From NCBI GenBank assembly GCA_036262035.1, contig DATAJS010000011.1, positions 36,826 to 100,825 on the forward strand: DNA of 64,000 nucleotides. Reading direction: 5' to 3'. The notes beneath the pieces are model-generated. The model was not told the origin of the DNA. It did not search any database and saw nothing but the letters and a program-made list of their open reading frames with translations. The DNA is from Burkholderiales bacterium. GTDB taxonomy: Bacteria; Pseudomonadota; Gammaproteobacteria; Burkholderiales; SG8-41. This document shows positions 17,280-26,164 of the stretch, in pieces (position 1 is the stretch's first letter; each line of letters begins with the position of its first letter). The position numbers were made by a program, and so were the translations under genes.

Positions 17280-18254
17280 ATGAAAAGAACGTTACGCATC
17301 ACGTGCGTCGCGACGCTGCTCGCGGCGTGCGCGATCCCTGCAGCAGTCCTGGCCCAACAATATCCTGCGCGTCCGGTACGGCTCGTTGTCGCGGGGCCGC
17401 CCGGCAGCGCGCTCGATTTCACCGCGCGCATGGTCAGCCAGAGGCTCGGCGAAACCTGGGGCCAGCAGTTCGTGGTCGACAACCGCGCCGGCGCCGGCGG
17501 CATCATCGCCCACGAGATCGCGGCGAAGAGCGTCCCCGACGGCTACACCCTGATCTTCTCGACGTCGGCGGGCCTCGTCATCAATCCGCTGCTCAGCAAG
17601 GTGCCGTACGACTCGTTCCGCGATTTCGCGCCGGTGTCGCTCGCGTCGGTCAACCCGCAGATGCTGTTCGCGTCGCCGTCGCTGCCGGTGAAGAGCGTGC
17701 AGGACCTGATCGCGCTCGCGAAATCGAAACCGGGACAGCTGAACTGCGCCTCCGCCGGCAGCGGCACGCCGAACCATCTGGGGTGCGAGCTTCTGAAATC
17801 GGCCGCGAAGATCGACTTCGTGCACGTGCCTTACAAGGGCGCGACGCCGGGCATCACCGACGTCGTCGCGGGGCAGGCGCAGTTCATGTTCAACAGCATC
17901 CCTGCGGTGCTGCCGCTCGTGAAGTCGGGCAAGGTCAGAGCGCTCGGCGTCGGCAGCACCAAGCGTTCGGCCGCCGCGCCCGACGTGCCGCCGATCGCCG
18001 AAACCCTCCCCGGTTTCGAGTGCGTCAACTGGTACTCGGTGCTCGCGCCGGCGAAGACGCCGCAGCCCGTCGTCGCCAGGCTCAACGGCGAAGTGGTGAA
18101 GATGCTGGCCGACCCGCCGTTCGCGCAGAAGCTTCTGGACATGGGCTCGGAGCCGCAGTCGAGCACGCCGGCGGACCTGACCAAGTTCATGCGCAAGGAA
18201 TCCGACCGCTGGGGGCGCGTCATCAAGGCGGCGAATCTCAAGATCGAGCGGTAG
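17280..18254 (+). CDS. Bug/TctC-family periplasmic solute-binding protein
   Basis: ATG 17280 (GAGGAGGGA SD) in ORF 17169..18254. MKRTLRITCVATLLAACAIPAAVLA, YPARPVRL, DNRAGAGG, PDGYT, VPYKG. Confidence 0.9.
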   Translation: MKRTLRITCVATLLAACAIPAAVLAQQYPARPVRLVVAGPPGSALDFTARMVSQRLGETWGQQFVVDNRAGAGGIIAHEIAAKSVPDGYTLIFSTSAGLVINPLLSKVPYDSFRDFAPVSLASVNPQMLFASPSLPVKSVQDLIALAKSKPGQLNCASAGSGTPNHLGCELLKSAAKIDFVHVPYKGATPGITDVVAGQAQFMFNSIPAVLPLVKSGKVRALGVGSTKRSAAAPDVPPIAETLPGFECVNWYSVLAPAKTPQPVVARLNGEVVKMLADPPFAQKLLDMGSEPQSSTPADLTKFMRKESDRWGRVIKAANLKIER

Positions 18255-18279
18255 GCCTGCACCTGAACGGAGGCTTCGC

Positions 18280-19251
18280 GTGAATCGTACCGTTGTCGCC
18301 TGCGCAGTCGCTCTACTGGCGTTGCCGATGTCCGCGCAGCGCGGTTTTGCGGCGTATCCGGAAAAGCCGGTGCGGTTGATCGTTCCTTATCCGCCCGGCG
18401 GCGGTAACGATACGCTCGCGCGTCTCTTCGGGCAGAAGCTTTCGGAGATGTGGGGGCAGCAGGTCGTCGTGGACAACAGGCCCGGCGCCGGCACGATCAT
18501 CGGCACGCAGCTCGCCGCCCGTGCCGCGCCGGACGGCTACACGCTGCTCCTGTCGTCGATCGCGACACACGCGGTCGCGCCCTATCTCTACAAGAATCCC
18601 GGATACGATCCGGTCAGGGATTTCACTCCGATCACGCTGCTCGCCATCGCGCCGACGGTTCTCTGCGTCAACGCGAGCGTGCCGGCGAAATCGGTGCAGG
18701 AGCTCGTCGCGCTCGCGAAAGCGAAACCCGGCGAGCTCAAGTTCGCCTCGGGCGGACAGGGCACCGCTCCGCACACCGCCGGCGAGATGTTCGCTTCCCT
18801 GGTCGGCATCAAGCTCCTGCACGTGCCGTACAAAGGCGGCGGTCCGGCGATCGCCGGCTTGGTCGGCGGTGAGACCAGCATGATGTTCGACACCGCCGCA
18901 TCGATACTTCCGCACGTCAAGGGCGGGAAGATCCGTGCGCTCGCGATCGCGCGCGCCGCGCGTCTGCCGGAGTATCCGGAGATACCCACGTTTACGGAGG
19001 CCGGCGTTCGCGGTTACGAGGCGAACGCGTGGTACTCGATGCACGCCCCGGCGCGGGTGTCTTCGGCCATCACGGCCAAAGTGCACGGCGACCTGGTGCG
19101 GGTGCTCGCGATGCCCGACATCCGCGAAAAGCTCAAGCAACTGGGTTCCGAAGGCGTGGGCAACACGCCGGAAGAGTTCGCGAGATTCGTCCGGGCCGAG
19201 GCGGCAAAATACTCGAAGCTCATACGCGAGGTGGGGATTCGGGTCGAGTGA
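18280..19251 (+). CDS. Bug/TctC-family periplasmic solute-binding protein
   Basis: GTG start with GGAGG SD. YPEKPVRLIVPYPPGGGND, DNRPGAGT, PDGYT, VPYKGG. Confidence 0.9.
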   Translation: MNRTVVACAVALLALPMSAQRGFAAYPEKPVRLIVPYPPGGGNDTLARLFGQKLSEMWGQQVVVDNRPGAGTIIGTQLAARAAPDGYTLLLSSIATHAVAPYLYKNPGYDPVRDFTPITLLAIAPTVLCVNASVPAKSVQELVALAKAKPGELKFASGGQGTAPHTAGEMFASLVGIKLLHVPYKGGGPAIAGLVGGETSMMFDTAASILPHVKGGKIRALAIARAARLPEYPEIPTFTEAGVRGYEANAWYSMHAPARVSSAITAKVHGDLVRVLAMPDIREKLKQLGSEGVGNTPEEFARFVRAEAAKYSKLIREVGIRVE

Positions 19252-19267
19252 CCCGCGCGCGCCGCTT

Positions 19268-20257
19268 TCAGCCTTTGCGCGAACGATCGGTCCCGCGCGC
19301 GGCGGCCCTCTTGCGTGCCGCTTGTTTTTCGGTGCCGAGATCGGTTTCCATGAGCGAGAGCGCTTCTCTCATCAGCGCGTCGATTCGCGCGATCGCTCTG
19401 GCACGGGTCCGCGGATTCCACTCGTAAAAGCCTTTGCCGGCCTGAACCCCGACGTGTCCGTCCCGAACCCGCTTCGCGAGACAGCGCGGCGCGTCCGGTC
19501 CGTTGTGGAGCGTCGGATAGATCTGGGCGGCCGACTGGAGATGGATGGTGAGGCCGTTCAGGTCGCGCTGGCGCACCGGACCGCACGCGACGTAACGAAA
19601 GCCGAAGCCGAACCGGACCGCCGCATCGATATCCTCGGCGGACACGATGCCGCCGTCCAGCAGATTGAAAGCCTCGCGCATCATCGCGTGCTGCACCCGG
19701 TTCACGAGCATGCCGGGCACGTCGCGGTTCAGGTTGATCGCGAGCTTGCCGAGCTCGGACAGCCATGCGTTGACCCGGCGTATCGTGGCGTCCGACGTCT
19801 TCGGACCTCGCACGACCTCCACCAGCGGCGCGATGTGCGCCGGCGTGAGCCAATGAACGCCCGCGGTACGGCTCTTGTGAGCGACGTGCGTCATCACCTC
19901 GGCGAGGCGCAGGCTCGAGCTGTTCGTGGTGACGATCGCGTCTCGCGGCGCGAGGCGCGATACATCTGCGAGGACTTCCCGCTTGAGCGCCAGGATTTCC
20001 GGCACGGTTTCGACGACGAGATTCGCGCCGGCCCAGGGCACGCTTTCGATCGACTCGTGTGCGCGAACGCTGCGGGCGGACCGGACACCCGACCGTAGAG
20101 CGCGCAGCGCCGTGGCCGTGCGTTCGGCAAGGCGAGCGCGCGTCGCCGCCGACGGTTCGACCACGTCGACGCTCCAGCCGCCCCCGGCGAACACCACGGC
20201 GATGTCGCCGCCCATTTTTCCGCCGCCCACGATGACGACACGTCGCTTCGAATTCAT
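19268..20257 (-). CDS. 3-hydroxyacyl-CoA dehydrogenase family (NAD-binding)
   Basis: ATG 20257 (AGAGGA SD) in ORF 19268..20269. RRVVIVGGGKMGGDIA Rossmann motif; HBD-like middle and C-terminal domains. Confidence 0.85.
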   Translation of the reverse strand: MNSKRRVVIVGGGKMGGDIAVVFAGGGWSVDVVEPSAATRARLAERTATALRALRSGVRSARSVRAHESIESVPWAGANLVVETVPEILALKREVLADVSRLAPRDAIVTTNSSSLRLAEVMTHVAHKSRTAGVHWLTPAHIAPLVEVVRGPKTSDATIRRVNAWLSELGKLAINLNRDVPGMLVNRVQHAMMREAFNLLDGGIVSAEDIDAAVRFGFGFRYVACGPVRQRDLNGLTIHLQSAAQIYPTLHNGPDAPRCLAKRVRDGHVGVQAGKGFYEWNPRTRARAIARIDALMREALSLMETDLGTEKQAARKRAAARGTDRSRKG

Positions 20258-20430
20258 GGTTCCTCTCATGCCTGCCGGTTATGTTTGCCGCAATCCGGTC
20301 GTATGGTAATCGCGCACCGCTTGCGCAGGCGGCCGCCCGCGGCGAAATCCGCTCCCGTTTTCAGCCGCGCGCGCGCCTTAGAATGAGGCGACCGCACGTT
20401 ACTCGAAGTCCGCAAAGTGGAGGAGCAGCG

Positions 20431-23013
20431 ATGAGCGCAGCATCGAATTCGAAGCCGGGGCCGCTCAAAGGCATCCGGGTGATCGAGATCGCCGACGAGC
20501 AGGCGGAATACTGCGGCCTCACGCTCGCCGGCCTCGGCGCCGAGGTGATCAAGATCGAGCCGCCCGGCGGCAATTCCACGCGGCGCATCGGTCCGTTCTA
20601 CGAGGACAAGGAAGGCCTCGAGCGCTCGCTCTTCTTCTGGTACTACAACCGCGGCAAGAAATCGCTGCAGCTCGACCTCGAGCAGGCGAAGGATCGCGAA
20701 CGCCTGCGCGCGCTGATCGCGAGCGCCGACATCCTGCTGGAGTCCACGCCGAAGGGAACGCTCGACAAGCTCGGCATGGGCAAGGACGCGCTGGCGAAAG
20801 ACTATCCGGCGCTGATCCATGCGCGCGTCACGCCGTTCGGCGACGACGGCCCGTGGGCGAGCTTCAAAGGCTCGGACCTCGTGCACCTCGCGCTCGGCGG
20901 CGTGATGATGAACTGCGGCTACGATCCCGCTCCGGGGGGCCAGTACGACCTGCCGCCGATCGCGCCGCAGATGTGGCACGCGTATCACGTCGCGGGCGAG
21001 CAGCTCTCGTTCACGCTGCTCGCGGCGCTGCTCTACCGCTTTCGTACGGGGAGAGGCCAGCTCGTCTCGTGCGCGGTGCACGAGTCGGTGTCGAAGTCGA
21101 CCGAGGTCGATCTCATGACGTGGGTGATGCGCCGCGCGCTCGTCATGCGCCAGACCTGCCGCCATGCGCGCGAGGACGTCTCGCCGAACCCGACGATCGC
21201 GCACACCAAGGACGGCCGCTGGGTCATGGCGAGCCTGGGCAATCGGCACGACGACGGCGAGCGCCTTCTGAAGCTGCTCGAGAATTACGGCCTCGCCGAA
21301 GGCTTCAGCGTCGACTCGATGGCGGCGCCCAAGGGCGGGCGCTTCGTTCCCGGCACCGGTCCGGCGAAGACCGGCCGCGACCAGGGCATGGAAGCGGTGC
21401 AGCGCTTCGTGCGCTCGTTCACTTACGAGAACATCCCGTGGCGCGAAGCGCAGGAGCTCGGCATGCTGTGGGCGCCCCTGCGCAAGCCGCACGAGAACGC
21501 GACCGACGAGCACTGGGTCAAGCGCGGCAGCGTCACCGACATCGAGCACCCCGAGCACGGCCGCGCGTTCCGCTATCCCACGAGCAAGTGGATCTCCACC
21601 GCGAACTCGTGGGTGGCCGGTCGGCGTGCGCCGCTGCTCAACGAAGACGCCGACGCGATCGAGCCGAAGCCCGGGCGCGAGACGCCGGTGATCGCCGCGG
21701 ACGCGAAGGTCGATCCCAGAGAGCCGCCGTCCAAGCGCGGCAAGCCTTTTCCGCTGCGCGGCATCCGCATCGTCGATTTCTCGTGGTTCCTCGCTTCGGC
21801 GGGCGGCACGCGCTTCCTCTCGGCGTTCGGCGCCGAGAGCATCAAGATCGAGCTCAAGACCCATCCCGACACCCGGCTGGCCGCGATGGCGCCTGTGGGG
21901 GGCCGCGAGGCGCGCGACAAGGCGACCGGACCGCTGAAGGGCGTCACCGACGTCAACCAGGGCGGACAGTTCAACAACAAGAATCCGGGCAAGCGCGGCA
22001 TCTCGCTCAACGTGCGGCATCCGAAAGGCCTCGAGATCGTGAGGCGCCTCATCGCGATGTCGGACATCGTCGCCGAAGGCTTCTCGCCGGGCGTGCTCGA
22101 CAGCTGGGGGCTCGGCTATTCCGAGCTCAGGAAGATCAAGAAGGACATCATTTACGTGCAGCAGTCGGGCATGGGCGCGCAGGGCACGTACGGACGCTTC
22201 CGCACCGTCGGGCCGATCGCGAACGCGTTCGCGGGCCTGTCGGAGATGTCGGGACTGCCCGAGCCCGCGATGCCCGCGGGGTGGGGTTATTCGTACCTCG
22301 ACTGGATGGGCGCGTTCAGCTTCTCGCTCGCGATGCTCTCGGCGCTGTACCACCGCGAGCGCACCGGCGAGGGCCAGTGGATCGACGCGTCGCAGACCGA
22401 GGTCGGCTTGTTCATCAACGGGCCCGCGCTGCTCGACTGGTCGGCGAACGATCGCATATGGAAGCGCATCGGCAACGCGTCGCCGTGGAAGCCCGCGGCG
22501 CCGCATAACGTGTATCCGTGTGCGGGTGAGGATCGCTGGATGACGCTGGCGTGCTTCACCGAGCCCGAGTGGCAGGCGCTGATCAAGGTCGCCGAGCATC
22601 CGGAGTGGGGCACCGATCCGCGTTTCGCGACGCTGGCCGCACGGCTCGCGCACCAGCCGGCGCTCGACGCGCTGATCTCGCAGTGGACGCGCTCGCGCGA
22701 TGCGTACCAGACGATGCATGCGCTCCAGGGCGCCGGCGTGCCGGCGGGCGTGTGCCAGACCGCGGGCGACCGCTGCGACAGCGATCCGCAGTTGAAGCAC
22801 CTCGAATGGCTGACCGAGGTGACCGGCACCAAGATCGGCCGCTGGCCGATCGCCGAAGTGCCGATCAAGCTCTCCGAGAGCCCCGCTTACATCGGCGGGC
22901 GGATCGACCGCGGCGCGCCGATGTACGGCGAGGACAACGAATACGTGTACGGCGAGCTGCTCGGCATGTCGACGCAGGAGATCGCCAGGCTCGCCGAAGA
23001 AGGGGTGTTCTGA
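20431..23013 (+). CDS. fused tandem family III CoA-transferase (two CaiB/BaiF-like halves, 860 aa)
   Basis: ATG 20431 with GGAGGAG SD. Half 1: LKGIRVIEIADEQAEYCGLTLAGLGAEVIKIEPP. Half 2: LRGIRIVDFSWFLASAGGTRFLSAFGAESIKIE. Confidence 0.85.
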   Translation: MSAASNSKPGPLKGIRVIEIADEQAEYCGLTLAGLGAEVIKIEPPGGNSTRRIGPFYEDKEGLERSLFFWYYNRGKKSLQLDLEQAKDRERLRALIASADILLESTPKGTLDKLGMGKDALAKDYPALIHARVTPFGDDGPWASFKGSDLVHLALGGVMMNCGYDPAPGGQYDLPPIAPQMWHAYHVAGEQLSFTLLAALLYRFRTGRGQLVSCAVHESVSKSTEVDLMTWVMRRALVMRQTCRHAREDVSPNPTIAHTKDGRWVMASLGNRHDDGERLLKLLENYGLAEGFSVDSMAAPKGGRFVPGTGPAKTGRDQGMEAVQRFVRSFTYENIPWREAQELGMLWAPLRKPHENATDEHWVKRGSVTDIEHPEHGRAFRYPTSKWISTANSWVAGRRAPLLNEDADAIEPKPGRETPVIAADAKVDPREPPSKRGKPFPLRGIRIVDFSWFLASAGGTRFLSAFGAESIKIELKTHPDTRLAAMAPVGGREARDKATGPLKGVTDVNQGGQFNNKNPGKRGISLNVRHPKGLEIVRRLIAMSDIVAEGFSPGVLDSWGLGYSELRKIKKDIIYVQQSGMGAQGTYGRFRTVGPIANAFAGLSEMSGLPEPAMPAGWGYSYLDWMGAFSFSLAMLSALYHRERTGEGQWIDASQTEVGLFINGPALLDWSANDRIWKRIGNASPWKPAAPHNVYPCAGEDRWMTLACFTEPEWQALIKVAEHPEWGTDPRFATLAARLAHQPALDALISQWTRSRDAYQTMHALQGAGVPAGVCQTAGDRCDSDPQLKHLEWLTEVTGTKIGRWPIAEVPIKLSESPAYIGGRIDRGAPMYGEDNEYVYGELLGMSTQEIARLAEEGVF

Positions 23014-23017
23014 TCGG

Positions 23018-23851
23018 ATGGCTGAAGGTTTTCTCGATCTGTACTTCGAGCGCATCGGGTACGGCGGGTCCGCGGCGGTCAACCTGCAGACGCTGCGCGA
23101 TCTGCACCTGCTGCACTTGCAGAGTATTCCGTACGAGAACCTCGATGTGTTCTGCCATCAGGGCGTCAGGCTCGACCCGGAGGCGCTGACCCGGAAGATT
23201 CTGCTGCGCAGGCGCGGCGGTTATTGTTTCGAGCAGAACGGTTTGTTCGCCGCCGCGCTCGCGGCGCTGGGTTTCAGAAGTCACGCCAACCTGGCGCGCG
23301 TCCACCGCAATCGCCCGCAGCCCGGCGGCCGCACCCATCACATCAACCTGGTGGAGCTCGACGGGCACACCTGGGTTTGCGACGTCGGCTTCGGCGGCTC
23401 GGGCTTCAGGGAGCCGCTCAGGCTCGAAGCGGACGTCGAAGTCGAGCAACTGGGCGAGACTTACCGCTTGCATGAGAGCGCCGAGCACGGCTTCTATCTG
23501 CAGAAAAGAATGGACGGCGCGTGGCAGCCGTTCTATACGTTCAAGGTCGACCCGGCGCTGCCGATCGACCTGGCGATGTCGAATTTCTATACGTCGAACA
23601 GCGACGACCACGTCTTCCGCGGTGCGATACTCGGGACGCGGCTGACGCCTCGCGGACGCGTCACGCTGAGCGACCATACCTTCAAGATCTTCGATCTGCT
23701 CGAAGGCACGATCACAAAGAACGTCGTCACCGATTTCGCGGCCTACATCGATCGTCTGCGGGAGCACCTGGGCGTCGAGCTGAACGACGCCGAGACGGGC
23801 TTATTGAAAAATCGCTTCGCGGTCCTGAAGCCGCCGGGCACGAACGAATGA
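23018..23851 (+). CDS. arylamine N-acetyltransferase (NAT) family
   Basis: RGGYCFEQN (catalytic Cys), GRTHHINLV (His), WVCDVGFGG (Asp). Starts 4 nt after the upstream stop. Confidence 0.88.
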   Translation: MAEGFLDLYFERIGYGGSAAVNLQTLRDLHLLHLQSIPYENLDVFCHQGVRLDPEALTRKILLRRRGGYCFEQNGLFAAALAALGFRSHANLARVHRNRPQPGGRTHHINLVELDGHTWVCDVGFGGSGFREPLRLEADVEVEQLGETYRLHESAEHGFYLQKRMDGAWQPFYTFKVDPALPIDLAMSNFYTSNSDDHVFRGAILGTRLTPRGRVTLSDHTFKIFDLLEGTITKNVVTDFAAYIDRLREHLGVELNDAETGLLKNRFAVLKPPGTNE

Positions 23852-23864
23852 TCCGGAGTGTGAT

Positions 23865-25037
23865 ATGAGCAAGACAACGATCCTGTACAGCTGCGTCGAC
23901 GAAGAGATCACGCGTTACGAAGTCGACGTCGAAGGGGCGACCCTCACCAGACGCGAGACGGTCAAGGCGCCGTCGTTCGTGCAGTACGCGTGGCCTCATC
24001 CGTCGAAGCGCTGGCTGTACGTCACGACCAGCAATCGGGGTCCGGGCCTGCCCGCGGACCACAATCACATGAGCGCGTGGGCGATCGATTCTTCGACGGG
24101 CGCGCTGTCGCCGCACGGCGAGCCGGTGAAGCTGGTGCAGCGCGCGACGCACATGTGCGTGCACCCGTCGGGCGAGTACACGCTCAACGCGCACAACATT
24201 CCCAGTCCGCGCGTCAGCGTGCATCGGCTCAACGCCGACGGCACCATCGGCGAGCTCGTCGAGCAGCCGATCGGCCTGGACGCCGGCATCTATCCTCACC
24301 AGAACATGGTCGCGCCGTCAGGCCGCACCGCGGTGGTCGTCGACCGCGGCAACGCCGCGCACGGCGGCAAGGCGGAAGATCCGGGCGCGTTACGGACGTT
24401 CGCGTTCGACGCCGGGGTGCTCAGCGGAAGGCAGGTCGTCGCGCCCGAAGGCGGCTACGGCTTCGGGCCGCGCCACATCGACTTCCATCCGTCGAAAGAG
24501 TGGATGTACGTAGCCGACGAGAAGAGAAGCCGCCTCTACCTGTTCCGCATGCCGGGCGACACGCTCGAAGACAAGCCCGCGTACACCTGCGACACGCTCG
24601 CCGACCGCGCGAACGAAAAACCGCGCCAGCTCGGCGGCACCATCCACGTGCATCCGAACGGCCGCACGGTGTACATGGCGAACCGCGCGGACTACAAGGT
24701 CGATCACGAAGGCCGCAAGGTGTTCGGCGGCGGCGAGAACAGCATCGCGGTGTTCGCTATCGATCCGGTGACCGGTGAGCCGAAGGCCATCCAGCACGCC
24801 GACACGCATTCGTACCACGTCCGCACGTTCGCGCTCGACCCGACAGGCAAGCTCATGGTCGCCGCGAGCATCAAACCGATGGACGTGCGCGAAGGCTCCG
24901 GTGTTTCACACGTCGCCGCGGCGCTGTCGGTCTTCCGCGTGCGCGACGACGGCACGCTCGACTACGTGCGCAAGTACGACGTCGACACGAGCGCCGGCAG
25001 GACGCAGTACTGGATGGGGATCGTCGGCCTCGATTAA
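23865..25037 (+). CDS. 7-bladed beta-propeller lactonase-like protein (PF10282-like)
   Basis: 390-aa ORF with repeated blade-like segments (HPSGEY, HPSKEW, HPNGRT, DPTGK). Family call by resemblance. Confidence 0.7.
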   Translation: MSKTTILYSCVDEEITRYEVDVEGATLTRRETVKAPSFVQYAWPHPSKRWLYVTTSNRGPGLPADHNHMSAWAIDSSTGALSPHGEPVKLVQRATHMCVHPSGEYTLNAHNIPSPRVSVHRLNADGTIGELVEQPIGLDAGIYPHQNMVAPSGRTAVVVDRGNAAHGGKAEDPGALRTFAFDAGVLSGRQVVAPEGGYGFGPRHIDFHPSKEWMYVADEKRSRLYLFRMPGDTLEDKPAYTCDTLADRANEKPRQLGGTIHVHPNGRTVYMANRADYKVDHEGRKVFGGGENSIAVFAIDPVTGEPKAIQHADTHSYHVRTFALDPTGKLMVAASIKPMDVREGSGVSHVAAALSVFRVRDDGTLDYVRKYDVDTSAGRTQYWMGIVGLD

Positions 25038-25038
25038 T

Positions 25039-25081
25039 GGGGCCAGGTCCACATTTCAGCCTGAAATGTGGACCTGGCCCC
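25039..25081. terminator. perfect 21-bp inverted repeat between convergent genes (bidirectional terminator/REP-like)
   Basis: GGGGCCAGGTCCACATTTCAG-c-CTGAAATGTGGACCTGGCCCC. Begins 2 nt after the TAA at 25035-25037 and ends 7 nt before the convergent stop at 25088. Confidence 0.6.
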
Positions 25082-25087
25082 GATTAC

Positions 25088-26080
25088 TCAATGCAGCGTC
25101 AGCGCCGCTTCCTTCACGAGCTTGCGCCACTTGGCGATCTCGTTCCTGATGTGCGCGTTGAACTGCTCGGGCGTGCTGCCGACGGGCGTCGAGCCTTCCG
25201 CCGCGAAGCGTTGCGCGGTCTCGGGTGATTTGACCCCTTCGGCGATCGCGACCGACAGCTTGCTGACGATGGCACGCGGCACTTTCGCCGACGTGATGAT
25301 CCCGTACCACTGGTCGACTTCGTAGCCGGGAACGCCCGATTCGGCGATCGTCGGCAGCTCGGGCGCGACCGGAGAACGCTTGCTGTCGGTGATGCCGAGC
25401 GGCCGCAGGCGGCCCGCCTTGTAATGCGCGCGCGAGCTCAGCAGCGTGCCGAAGCCGACCTGGATATTGCCGGCGAGCGCGTCGGAGATCACCGCGGCGC
25501 CGCCCTTGTACGGCACGTGGACCATCTTCACGCGCGCGAGGTGATTGAACAGCTCTCCCGAGAAATGCTGGAGGCCGCCGGTGCCGGACGAGCCGAAGTT
25601 GAGCTTGCCCGGATTCGACTTCGCGTACGCGATGAGCTCCTGCACCGATTTCGCCGGGACCGAAGGGTTGACGTACATCACGTAGAACAGCGACGTCGCC
25701 TGCGAGATCGCCTGCAGGTCGCGCGTGAGGTCGTAAGGCAGCTTCGAGTTGGTCGCCGAATTCACCGCGTGCGAAGCCGAGATGAGGCAGAGCGTGTAGC
25801 CGTCGGGCGGCGCATTCGCAGTCAGCTCGACCCCGATCGCCCCGGCCGCGCCCGGACGGTTGTCGACGATGAACTGCTGGCCCCAGCGCTCGGTCAGCTT
25901 CTGCGCGATCGCCCGCGCGGTGATGTCGGTGCCGGCGCCGGCCACGAACGGCGCGATGAGCCGCACCGGCTTGGTCGGGTACTTGTCCGCCTCGCCGGAT
26001 GCGGAGAGCGCGGTTGCCGGAGCCGCGCACGCCATGCACGCGGCCACCATCAGGGTGCTGAGACTGCGATTCGACTTCAT
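25088..26080 (-). CDS. Bug/TctC-family periplasmic solute-binding protein
   Basis: 330-aa ORF. Signal peptide, YPTKPVRL, DNRPGAAG, PDGYT, VPYKGG. GAGGAG SD. Confidence 0.9.
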   Translation of the reverse strand: MKSNRSLSTLMVAACMACAAPATALSASGEADKYPTKPVRLIAPFVAGAGTDITARAIAQKLTERWGQQFIVDNRPGAAGAIGVELTANAPPDGYTLCLISASHAVNSATNSKLPYDLTRDLQAISQATSLFYVMYVNPSVPAKSVQELIAYAKSNPGKLNFGSSGTGGLQHFSGELFNHLARVKMVHVPYKGGAAVISDALAGNIQVGFGTLLSSRAHYKAGRLRPLGITDSKRSPVAPELPTIAESGVPGYEVDQWYGIITSAKVPRAIVSKLSVAIAEGVKSPETAQRFAAEGSTPVGSTPEQFNAHIRNEIAKWRKLVKEAALTLH

Positions 26081-26164
26081 TCCTCGTTCTCCTCGTCGGT
26101 TTTTTGGGAGATAGTAGCCGGTGAGGCGGTCGAAGTCACATATTCAGAGTGCGAAAGGATCGGC

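Noticed and set aside
20266-23082. 938-aa minus-strand ORF opposite the fused CoA-transferase and NAT
   Set aside because: The composition is Arg/Ala/Gly/Pro/His-rich and low in complexity, with no recognisable motifs. It is a typical antisense shadow ORF of a very GC-rich genome. The plus-strand genes have strong family motifs and SD sites.
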